Source: Pelomyxa schiedti (Eukaryota; Protista; Evosea). From it: a stretch of 64,000 nucleotides of DNA. Location of the stretch: positions 43,407 to 107,406 of the forward strand of contig JAHLWZ010000633.1 in the NCBI GenBank assembly GCA_020536535.1, in the 5' to 3' direction. This document shows, one piece after another, positions 11,221 to 22,811 of the stretch (position 1 is the stretch's first letter; every line of letters starts with the position of its first letter). The notes beneath the pieces are model-generated. The model was not told the DNA's origin. It did not search any database and was given only the letters and a program-made list of their open reading frames with translations. Position numbers and translations under genes: made by a program.

Positions 11221-13843
11221 CTACAGGTCGTCAGAATAATGCGCGTCAAGGTGGAAGCCACCACCCGACCTTTTCCACTGCAAGTCATCTTCAATGCGGT
11301 CCTGCTGAGTCTGTAGGTCAACGGCAGAGGGAGTGAGCCCCCGGTAATGCAGCAGATAGCGAAGCGGTGCACATTCACACCGGGTGGCTTGAAGTCCTAG
11401 TACCCCTCTCCACGCGGTTCCGGGTTGCGGTATTACATCAACTGACCTGATGGGGCTGTGCGGTTCTGCTTCACGAACCTAAGGAAGGTGTAACGAGGTG
11501 GTATTTGTGAGACACTAATTGGGTGGCGACCGTACCGCGAAGTGCAGTGTCGCTCGTGCTGTGGCAGCATTGTTCAAGAAATTACGAATGAAGGGAAAGA
11601 AATCAGACGAATCTGAACAAGCTTCTACGTAGTCAATCTCGTCAATACGTAAAACAAGGTCATTGCACTTCAACCCTCCGTTCTCAGCTGGCCCTCCTGG
11701 TGTTACGCTGGTGATCTATAATAAGATGAGTAGAAAAAAGTGAGAGATACTCAGACATGCATCCAGGGCATATTGAGCTCCTTCGGGATTACAGAGAAAC
11801 CGGGAAGTATGTTGTGAGTAATACCTCCTGGTCTGGACGGTTGTGGGGAAAAAAATAGGTGCCGAGAGGATGTAACCTCAATTGCCGAGAAAACTTAAGT
11901 GTACAATGCGCAAACCTGGGGCCATAAATGTGAGGATCCTCATAGTCTGGTAGCACACGCACTGGTCTATGAGATCCCCAGCAGTGATCCCAATCCCATA
12001 CGTGCAATGCTGCATCATAACTCAAAGAAATTGCAAGGGAGTCATCCAGGTACAGGGATACCAGCTCCTCGGGATACCCAAGTATTACAGTGTTCTTGCC
12101 CCTCCTGCCTAGTATTTAGATGTTACATTCTTATTGAAGGAAAGAATATCCACCGTCATAAAAGAATGGACAGTGGCCAACTTTGCAAGAAATTACCATG
12201 AAACCACGGGAATTGATCCCCAAACCAGAGTGAAATTCAACTGGTGCACAATTGGCCACTTCACCAGATGACAAGTTAGTTGTAGTAATCTATTTATGAA
12301 TAAATATACTCCTGGTTTTACTTGATGTTGAAAGACCTCATTTAAATCTGAGATTGTGACACAACAAACTCCTCTTACGGCAATTTCAATTGGAATCTGT
12401 GACGTGCGGGTCTCAACAACAGAAATTTGATGAAAGTGTGTTGGTGCAGTAGCATCTTTTATACGTAAGTGGAATGCACAAAATTCCTTTCAAGTCCACA
12501 CCCCATATTCGTATGGTACCACCGCCTTCAACACTGAAAACGCGATTTTCGGAATAAATCACGGATGACAGCACTTGATGCAATTCCAAGGGAGACTTGA
12601 CGAGACTACCTAGTGATGTCATTTTAGGTAGGAATGAAGGGGTATTTTCCTCCTGTATTATAAAGTCTCAGTTCAGGGTGCTGTTTTTTTCCAAAGAATC
12701 CTGAAATTATAAATCCCTACCGCCTATATTAATATTAATGCCTATGCAATCTTACTAAAACCCATGGTGTGGAGCATAGGGGAGTCTTTTTGTCAGGTGA
12801 GTCCCAGGTGTGTTTCCACAGAAGCTTTTTGCTGTTCCAACCATAAAAGTAATGAACCGCTCCATCAGCTATAGCAGAGGAAGGGAGACTGTAGCAATCA
12901 CGAGGATCGGGAGAATTGTTGCGCTCCTGCATTAAACAATGACAACCAAGAATATCACCATTCCACATCAGATTGATGCATCTATTAATTAATAACGCAA
13001 AGTTGCAATTGAGAGATGGAGCTAACGGTTCATGAGGAAAGTAGCGGTGAATTGATACAACTTCCTTTGCCTTCTCCAGAGGGTGGACCCGTAGTAATTT
13101 GGGGGCAGTACTTATACTTTCAAAAGAGAAAATCATTAACTCCATTTTGGCAACTGCTACCGCTAGGAGTCCAGGCTCTCGATTGTACTGGGAGGAAAAA
13201 CTTATAAGTAAGACCATAAAGAAGAACTCAATACCGCCATGGACAAAGTTACTTTAGGAGTCGACTTGCAAATCAATCAGTTTACTTTGCAAAGAGAAAA
13301 AGCCTCACCTTACCAGCACATCTTTTGAAACCAGGGTCGAAAAGAGTAAATTTCTTGTACACATAGGAGTTACCTTCCCAATTCCTGATGTGCTTCAGCA
13401 CAACCAAAGTTGTTTAACGCTAAGCTACTCACTCCTCAATGCGATACTTTGCAAACCAACGGCACTTCCAGGATCTAAACCATGTATTGATACAAACTAA
13501 AAAAAAAGTTGTACGCCACCTTGGGTTTGGACAATCTGTCTTCATAAATGGCACAGGGTGTCCTGGCCATTCTTTGATATATTTTCTTTCCCAAAACTAA
13601 ACACCCAGTGAATGGCAGAAGACAAAAAGAAAAAAACAGAAAACACAAGGAGATGTCTTTGCTACTTACCTCTTGGTTATTGAAAACTCTGCAAAGGGAC
13701 TTGCACACGCCTGAAATGGAGCATAGAGCGGAGCTAGAAAGGAACGACCCCAGAAACTGCCGACGCAAAACCAAATAAGTACCACATCACATCGTACTTT
13801 CACGCACCGATAGAACCGCTTCTGGGAGTGCCTCCAGAGACAT
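11221..13843 (-). CDS. F-box + WD40-like beta-propeller + PDZ domain protein
   Basis: Spliced N-terminus MSLEALPEAVLS|FLGSFLSSSALCSISGVCKSLCRVFNNQE (F-box). WD-like ENRVFSVEGGGTIRIWGVD and LAISLSYDAALHVWDW. PDZ ILPGFSV..|ITSVTPGGPAENGGLKCNDLVLRIDE..VDVIPQPGTAWRGVLGL. Stop at 11221..11223. Confidence 0.75.
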
Positions 13844-14037
13844 TTTTTTTTACCTTTTTCTTTTCTCACAAGCCCGTTAGTGAGAAATTCGGCGAAAAGT
13901 AATTCTCGGATCTTATCTAGTTCACACACTAGTCCCCGAAAACATTAACCTTGTTTTCGGTGGCCGGTTCTTCCGCGGAAGTGGGCTCAGCCATCATCAC
14001 AGCACCTCCTGTTCGGAGCGTAAGTGGCGAGAATAGA

Positions 14038-16618
14038 TTATGGGAGGAGTGGGGCTAGCGCACCATCACCCGTGTTGCTGATTCTGGATGAGAGGTACTT
14101 TTGACATAGAGATACAACTGTTTGATTTCGTTGTCTACTGGCTTCATCTTTGACCTTTTTGTTTTATTTTGGGCATCAGGACCCGTTTCGGAGTTTTTTG
14201 TTTGGGGATGTAACCTTGTATACATCCTCTATGGAATCGTACTGTACAGCCATGAGATATGCTTCTTTTAGGTGATTCAACAGTATCTAGTAGTGTGTTG
14301 CCTTATTCTCGAGGCTCAAGACACTATGATGAGAATACCTCAGCAGTGCACTTGCTGCTGTCACCACTAATAAACAAAGAACATTGTGCTGCGGCATCAA
14401 AGTCTTTATCTTCTGCATACACTTCCATACAGGCAATAGCCAATTGATCCATGTGACTGGGTGGAAGGATTGTCTTTATTGGCACTGTCATTGGTCTGAA
14501 ATAAAGACGTTACATACATACATTCATCTCCTTGAGGAGTTTTGTTACATCTCGCAGGCTTTTATAGGTTGCAACTTGCCTAACTGTCTCGATTTTGTTT
14601 TTTATGCTAGATTGTTGCATAATATCTTTACGCATTTGTGTGAAATTCTCAGTCATTTCGTATCTGTGGGACTCTTAGTACAAGTTGAATATATGTATGT
14701 TACTTAGCCAGTGAATAAAGTTTTCTTTCTGGCATAGCAAATAACAATACAAAATCTACAATAAAGGATGCAAGGCTAGTTTCGGTTAGTGTACTGAAAA
14801 AAATGTGTACTGGAAACCTAATGAAAATGTATATAGATACAAGGGTTGTCATCAGTGAACTGAACGAGAACTTGGAAAACGTCCCCGTGACCGTGAAAAC
14901 GAAGTTTATCCCTATTTGAAAACTTAAAAAAGGAATATGTAAGCAGAAAACTAATCACCTGTAGAATTTCGGACAGCACGCGTTTGTTGGTCCACGCTGT
15001 TTTATGTAAATTCCTGGATAAGGGTAGCGTCCAGCTTACCTTACCATTGTGTGCCATGTAGAAAATTGCTGGGGAAGGTGTATAACTCGATACTGGTAGT
15101 AATTTATACCCGCACTACCATGCGATTTGCACTGCTTTATGGACTCTAAAAGCTTTATTCAACAACATCCAAACATAAAGGTACTGTACCTTCTGTGGAA
15201 TGCCAAACAAGGTCATGGCAATCTCCATAATCAATAATTACTCGAAACATCCCCCCTAGTTCCATTATTCTGGTCCAGTTTTCTCCAGAGGCCTGGAGAA
15301 ATGTTTCCAAAGCTCCGATAACAAAAACAAACAAACCTCAATCATAGTTCCAAGGGGAATTTCGTCAGCTTGTCCCATCTTTGAGTCGAATAAGGGATAC
15401 CCTGGAATCAATCAGACACCACCTTGTGACATATAAATTTTTTATTGCTTACCATTGGCATCTAAAAGTTGGCCAAACAGATCCCAACATGTCTTTATAT
15501 AGGAAGAAGTCCATGTCGTCGTTCCAGGTTCCACTCCATCATGACGCTTTATATCCTGTTGTAAAAAGTACGGTGCAACAGCCTGATGATAGATTCGCAA
15601 CTGTTTAGAGGTTAACCTCCTCGCATTATTACAAGAGCACACAATGTACTGATTGATATCAATAGCGTACCAAGAATTAATAACTCCAGCTGTCCAAGGG
15701 GAGTGGCATGTATTACCTTTCATATTTCAATTCACGGCAAAAGAATCAGGTTGAAAAATTACCATCACAAGGATCTTGTCTTTGCTGAAAGGACTGTTGT
15801 ATAACTCTTGTTGTGATAAAAATCACTTTCTCCTGGTCTACAGGATATACAAGGTCATCCGACTCCCAGTAAACGCAATTGCATCCTGCCTCACCTAACA
15901 GACTCCAGTTACAAGTTGGTTACAGTTTTAGAGTTACCAGCAAAGGAAACGCAGGAAGGGTCACAATATGTAGAGTTGGCGGGGGTTACATGATCGGGCT
16001 TTTTTCCCCCAAAATTAGCTGAATTATGAACTATGTATGATACCTCAAGCAAGTCTAATTTTAGCAATCCAGCTGCATTATCATATTCGTTATAACCTTC
16101 ATTTTTATAAACCATGAAGAATACAACTACTACGGCTGCCGTGAGAAGAAGCATATAGTTCAGTATACCCAAGCGAAAATCCTTTATTCTCACTGTAAAT
16201 AGGTTATTCATGAAGTTGAAAGACCACGGTTTTTAAACTGAAGAATACCTATTTTATCAGACCTATAGGTTAGAAAGGTCTTCCACTCCTTGTTTTTAAA
16301 CCACATCACCACAGGCTTCTTCACTTTGTCCCATAATGTCTCCTCCTGCGGCTCCAACCTCTTCCTCATCATCCTCGCAACTTCACTCTCACCAGTTTCC
16401 CCATCCACATTCACACCCCCAATGGAGCCACTAAATTCAGAATAGCCCTCCCCCTGCGTGGCTGCAGGCAAATTGACGTCGCCAGTATCCAACCCATAAT
16501 AGCTATCACCACCAGAAGAAGAAGCCCCGCGGCGCCTCAGTGCCTCCTCGCCTTGTTGCTCAGACTGGAGGGCCTCCATCTCTGTGTATGGGACATCGTC
16601 GCTGCCGCTGCTTGTCAT
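14038..16618 (-). CDS. P2X purinergic receptor / ATP-gated channel family protein with a C-terminal spastizin (ZFYVE26)-C-like helical extension
   Basis: FLTYRSDK|..VRIKDFRLGILNYMLLL..MVYKNEGY (TM1); CVYWESDDLVYP..IFITTRV; GINFVFTVTGTFSKFSFSSLMTTLVS; LASFIVDFVLLFAMPERKLYSLAK|YEMTE (TM2 and YxxxK motif). These match the Dictyostelium-type P2X layout. The tail continues in frame to TAA at 14038..14040. Confidence 0.85.
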
Positions 16619-16948
16619 TTTCTTCAGCGGATCTCCAAGGTGGCCACCTTACTGTTTCCGTCCGTTCAGTACGAATCAAACCAACGTCACCGTTCGAAAT
16701 TGTTGATGTGATGAGCTGCACAGAAAGGCAGTCGGAGCAGATGAAAAATCTTCGAAGATTCTGCATCCAGAATATTCTCGCCCAGACAGACCCGGAAGTC
16801 CGAGTTGAAAGGCCTTCTGACTCTCTCCAAGACCTGTGCAAGTGCCCTGTTTCTTCTGACCTACACTAGCCTGCACCACCCCTCTTTCCAGTGCCGTTTT
16901 CCTTTCACACCTTCGTTGAGTTCGGCCCTCCAATCTGTTATCTCTAAA

Positions 16949-18257
16949 ATGGCGCAGCCCGAGGCGACATCCACAACCACAACCGCCACAACGACAGACG
17001 CGTATGATTTTGTTGGATTCCTAGAAGCGGTTCAAGGCGGGAAGCTAGGCCAGGTAGTGGCGATTGTGGCTGCGCGGCCAGGGCTATTATGGGACAAGGA
17101 CGAGAGGGGAATGTGCGGGCTGTGCTGGGCCGCCTACTTTGACGAGGCCGATGTGGCAGTATGGTTGATCAACGCCCGTGCTGCTGCTATCAAGACTGTG
17201 CGTGTTGCCGCGATGTTTTGTACTTGTGGGTTGTGGCTGGTTTTTTGTTTGTTTGTTTGTTTATTTGTTTGTTTGTTTTTCTGTTTGTCTGGACTTCCTT
17301 TGCCCTTTGTTTCAATTTAGTTATTCAGTAATGATGCAGAGAGGTGGAATTCTTGTGGGAAGTGAAGGAACTCCGAGAAATGGGGAGTCAGTGGTGTGGG
17401 GGTGTGATAAGAGGGGCGGCACAGCACTACACCATGCTGCTGTAAATGGGAGTTTAAGAAGTCTGCGGGCATTTGGAGAATTGTCGACTTCTATCGAGCC
17501 ACCGTGGCTGGCCACCAATGAATGGGGTGAGACTTGTCTGCATGTGGCTGCAGCTGCAGGCATTCCAAAGACTCACAGTGTTGTCAACATATTACTGCAA
17601 TTTGCCCCTGTACTATCTGATGCGAAGGATAAATGGGGAAGAGTAGCTTTTCAGGAGCATAATCCCAATGACCCGGCCACTACCACACAGCTTCCGGATC
17701 CCTCATCCCTTCACCCAAACATCAAAAGCAGTCTTGAGGCAGAGTTCATGAAGATGAGGGAACAGTGGTCTGAACGATCACGCAAAGTAGACATTCTAGA
17801 AAAAGGAATGTTCAAGGAACATCAAGTACCAAACCCATCCGCATCTGCACCACCAAAACTTGCCCCGGCCAGAAGAGTGGTTCTGTCCAAAATAGTGGAA
17901 TATCCCGGGGACCCCATGGTTGTAACCCGGGCTCTCAGCCAAGATTGTGATTTCAAAGGGTCTGATATGTACGGCCTCACAGCTTTACACAAATTCAGTA
18001 GCTGGGACAAGCCGGATTTAATGCAGCTTGTTTTACCCCTACTCACCCCCGAGGAAATTCACCAACGCGGAGGGGATTCTCACCAAACAGCCCTTGAAAT
18101 GGCTGCAGAAATGCAGGCCTGGAGGGCTGTGGACTTGTTACTCTCACACTCCTCAACCACTCCAACACAGATCGCAGCACTCCTTTCTGATGTGCAAAGA
18201 AGGGGTGGTGATCCGGAACTCTCTGCTCATTTATTGAAAAGTGGGAAACAAGTGTGA
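16949..18257 (+). CDS. Ankyrin repeat protein
   Basis: DERGMCGLCWAAYFD, GGTALHHAAVNG, GETCLHVAAAAG, YGLTALHKFSSWD, QTALEMAAEM. One intron containing (TTTG)n near 17200..17340. Confidence 0.8.
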
Positions 18258-18385
18258 TGTGAACAAAATAAACCCGTTGGTTTTTCTTTTACAAATAGCA
18301 AAATTCCGTTGGGAATTTTGTCTCGGGCTTTGTGAAGGTGGATGCTGTGTATGCACAAAAATATGCCACAACCCTTCTCGGCCGA

Positions 18386-21300
18386 TCAAGAGTCAGTTTG
18401 CTTCCACTGGTTGGCATTGAAGGTTAAATTAGCCTGTAGATCGGATAATTTGGAACCAGGTTCCGTATCAGGAGACTGTGCATCAGCAAAAGCCGAAACA
18501 GCAGTAAGTAGTGGTGCTACGAAAAACTGAATGAACGCCTTCTGGCAGGTAGATACTCTCGGCGCAGTTCTATCCATAAATGCGGATTTTGTTAGCATGT
18601 GGGTGGCTTCTTGGTCTCCTTGCCGGTAGAATTCCTGTGTAGTTTTCAGTGGACTGATTTGGGAGTATGGTGTTGTGGTTGTGGGGGAGTTAGGAGACTT
18701 ACTTCCATGATGAGGTGTGTCCATTTGGTGGCAGTATCCCATGACCGCATTTGGTTTGAAACATCGGCCAATTTTATAAATATTTGAAATACTAGAGTTA
18801 CATCACCCTAATAGAGTAATGAATGGGTACTGCAGGGTTTTGTCTTGAAAGAAAATAGATTACCTTATGGGAATAGTCAAAGTCGTTAACGGATTTCTTT
18901 GATGTAAATTGACTCAATATTTCTACATGCTTGGACATGCTTGTGGAATGTAAGTACTTCATGAGGTAACCAAAAGTTTCTTACTCCGTGGCTAAAACTA
19001 AGCTGGTCACCATTTGGTGGAATTCGATGAATTCTTGCTTTCTTGGGATTAGTGATATCTTTTAGTAGTTTATCAAGAACCTGAGTGAAAAAAGATAGCC
19101 AATTACTGCCGCCATGCAATGTAAATTCAAAAGATTCTGTCAGGTGAAAATTTTCAAGTATCTATATCAAAGGTGGGTTTTTCATAGGGAAAGTCTCGGG
19201 AACTGTACGGATATCCCGTTATACGTGAGAGCAAGGGGATCAAGAATGCGGTACAGGAAGTTGTTGCTTTAGTTTTGTTGGGAAACAAATTAAGGTAATG
19301 GGTACAAACTTTACACCAGGGTGCCCAAAATCATGTACAACTGCCTAATGGGAAAGTGAGGAAATAAGAAGATTTCGTAGAAAGCAACGGCAAAAAGAAG
19401 AGACAAGATCCACATTGGCGATATCCGCTCGTATACAGATGGGGCTAAGTTCAGTAATAAAAAGTGAGTTGCTTGAACCACATCGGCAGCGTGCATGACA
19501 TTGTGGTACGGGTTGTTCAAATACCTGAACTTAAATGTATCATGAAATACAATTAGAATGTACAAACCCCTTCGAAATCCCTTGTAGCCAGGTTTGAAAT
19601 GCGCCTTGATTTATATTGAATTTCTCAAAGAGCCCGTGAGATTCAAAAATTGGTGTAGCTACTTCACACAGAACCTGGTCTGTTTAGGAAATCTCTTGAT
19701 TAGGGCCAGTAGGGTTTATAAACCATGTACCTGGGCAGTACTTGAAGACAGAGAAGGCCCAGTTGTCAAGAATTTTCTCTCCACAAGGTAATTTCACAGT
19801 CCTTGAGTTGTCCAATTGGTTGTGTTTGGATAGACAAAAAAAAGATACTCTAAAAGTATAGAGTGCTGGTCAAGTGCCTCGTTCTTTGCCTGTGGAGCAA
19901 GCTGGTCAAGAAGGAACGCATCCACCTCGGAATCCATAGCTAAATCTGGTAAACAATACAATCTGCCATTCATTTGTTTACTGTTCATTAGTCCAGCTTT
20001 TCTTTGTCCCACAAAATCAACTCTATGAAGCCCATTGCAGGCAATCAACTGGATGATTTTTTCAATAACCAAGTGATCCTCTTTATTGAGTCCTAGTTTC
20101 GACGTTAGAGCTCTAAAACCAGAAAAAATAAACAACTGTGCTTCTTGTGAATTTCTTGCAACTTTTTAATTGCCGATTCTGCAGGAGTTTTGAGTAGGTG
20201 CGAGGAGAGTGGCTGAGATAAAACAGAAACCTATTGAGATATGAAAATGACGAGGATACCACGTTATCATACTCTTCGTTTGAAATGTCTAATGACCAAC
20301 AATAGGGCAATAATCGTCACAAGGAGAAAAGCTATAACTACTGCTGCGGCGCTTGCAGTTTTCCCTACCATTGATTTTTTCCCTTCTGCTATGAATTAAT
20401 ATCAAATTGGGAACTATTACGTACTATTTATTGTTATAGATATCGTCTTTTCAGTGCTAAAGCAAAGTCCAGAAATAGCATCCACCACAGAAATAGTTAT
20501 GGAGCCAATGTAGGGGAGTCTGTTGCCAATATATGTAACTTGTATAGTAACAGTTTCAGAGCCCCCTAAAGTAACATTTTGCGTGATATTGCCTGCCAGA
20601 TCTGAGAAAAAGAAAAGAAGGTCGTCATGTGACAAACATTTAAATAGGTGTGTCATATTCTCAGAAAAATCCACAACAAGTGGGACATGTCCAGAATTTT
20701 GAAGAAAAATGTTAAATGACACAGGAAGGTCATCAAGTCTGACATCTGCACTGAGTACTTCTGGTGTGACAGTAAAGTTGTGGTCTTCAAAGAGGTAAAA
20801 AAAAAAAAAAAACCACTGGAAAGAACAAACTGGAGAGTATATCACTCTGAGGGACAGCTATCACAACAGTCCAAGGAAGTAAGTCCAGTGGTTGCCGGGA
20901 GTAAATCCACGTTGTCCCATTATGATCAATGGTGGTAGTTCCAGCACTTTCTAAACCATCTAGTAACTGGAGAGCAATGAATAGCTACAAGACTGACTAT
21001 CTGCACTACCTCCGTGAAATCCCATCCAATAGCTGCTGACAAAGACGGTTGGCTCCGAACAGTGAAATTGAAGGAGGGTCCAAACAGTTCTGCGTAAACC
21101 CAAGTATTTGCTGATAAGATATACCCCTTTTTAGACAGGAGCAGGCTGAACCCTAATTGAGAGTAAGAGAAGGCTTTCCACTCTCATACCATTTGGAGTT
21201 GAATGAATCGATTCCATTATCTTGCAAGTGTCTGCCATTGAAATAATACCCGTGACAGCGGAAATGAACTCTCCGTCACTACTATACAAAGGGGCAAGGA

Positions 21301-22542
21301 CTTGGATCATCATTTCTATGCGTTGTGTTACCAATTTATTTATAAATAAGTACTATTCTAACCTGTGACTGGATAGTAAGGTTCTGACCACTTCGAAGAA
21401 CGGTCGGGGTCATTTTCTGGCCATACCAGTCCCCATGATGGGGGCATGTAGTCTGGGTTTCGGGAGTATTCTACAATGGTGAGGTTTGTTGATCTCCAGT
21501 TTGCCCAAGGGGTTACTACTATCCTAATATTGACTAAGAAGTGTATTTGCACAAGAAAAGTGACGCACGATAATGAGACATTGGTAACACTTGCCCACAT
21601 TTTCGGAATATATTTCAAATTTTTTGTGTTGACATCGGCAGATGTCGCCAGGTGCCTGCCTAGAGCGAGCTGCTTACTTGCTTTGCAGAATCGCTCACAA
21701 CTTACTCCAAGACTTGTGTCTTAACAAGAGAAAAATAAACTTTCGAAAATCAAAGGTAGGATGATACTGAGGTAGTTGGCGGAAATCCAGTCTAACCAAT
21801 ATGGATTACAGGGGCAGGGAGCTGTCCGATTCACAAGCACTGGCTTGAGAGCCCGCCGTACAATAGCTGACTGTGAGAAAAAATGCTAAGTGTCCGAAAA
21901 AGATAAGTACTATCAAACCTCTGCTACCCTATCAGGGGCAAAATCGGAGGCAGAACCAGCTGAAGGACCTTTTGTTCTTTTAAAAACTCCAAATTACGGC
22001 AGTTGAATCGACCTGAAGTTAAAATAGTCATTCTTGACATGTAGCTTTTCCATAGGAGTTGTTCCTCGGCACTAGGATTCCTTTCAATGTATTCCAGAGT
22101 AGAAACCATTGCTTCAGTCATCTTGTGTGTTTGTTTAAAGAACAGTAACAACATGAGGCAACTCTTCATAATGCGTGATCATATTATGGAGGGATGTGTG
22201 CCTTACATGTTGCAATTCCACATAAGGTGGTTGAATTCTCAGAACTGCATCTTTAGTCAGAGCAATAAGTCCCTCCAGAGTACACACGGCCCACTCATCA
22301 GTTACACTAGCACACAGTGCTGTTTGTCCACAAAACCACAATGCCACTGGTATTTTTTTGTTTTGAGGGATAAAAACAAAGTTAGTTTGCCATTGAACTG
22401 GAGCAACAGAGTAGCACAGATGGTTGTTGTGGTTGTATTATTAGGCCAGATAGCAGGAATAAAAAAAAAATTCAAGAAAAGCTGCTATCCTACAAGTAAG
22501 GACCAAAATGCACGTGGTGCCTGGCGGTTGTTGGCCCGTCAT
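18386..22542 (-). CDS. Single-pass receptor-type class I cyclic nucleotide phosphodiesterase (signal peptide - dCache - Ig-like - TM - PDEase_I)
   Basis: Signal peptide MTGQQPPGTTCILVLT|LALWFCGQTALCA. Cache motifs NPDYMPPSW..WSEPY, APLYSSDGEFISAVTGIISM, WTVVIAVPQSDIL. Ig-like FNIFLQNSGHVPL..TVTIQVTY..GSITISV. TM AAAVVIAFLLVTIIALLLVI-RHFKRR. PDE motifs NPYHNVMHAADV, VHDFGHPGV|NNFL, LENFH, KLADVSN, EFYRQGDQE, QKAFIQF. Confidence 0.82.
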
Positions 22543-22811
22543 CTTTGTTCCACAACCAAGTTTCCTGGGGGTGAGGCAGTCAATTTTGAGAAAAATTACC
22601 CACCCCCAGGAAACTTCAACGAGACAGGACCACTGAATTGGACGAAACAGAGGAAGGCCTTTCCTGCCCTTGCGAAAAAAGTTCCGTTTGATTGTCAACC
22701 CAGCTTGGTTTAAGAAGCATGAGAAAAAAACATCAAAAGCAAGGGCGCTAGGAGAAAAAAAGTGGGACGCAAGCGAAATTACGGTGCGGTGCTTTTCTGT
22801 TGATGAAACAT

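Noticed and set aside
13960-14030. GTGATGA C-box-like motif downstream of the P2X stop (possible C/D snoRNA)
   Set aside because: No properly spaced D box, terminal stem or guide sequence could be identified.
15320-15400. Apparent in-frame TGA in the P2X ectodomain (possible selenocysteine or readthrough)
   Set aside because: The correct frame (GYPLFDSKMGQADEIPLGTMIE) is open; the TGA is in another frame.
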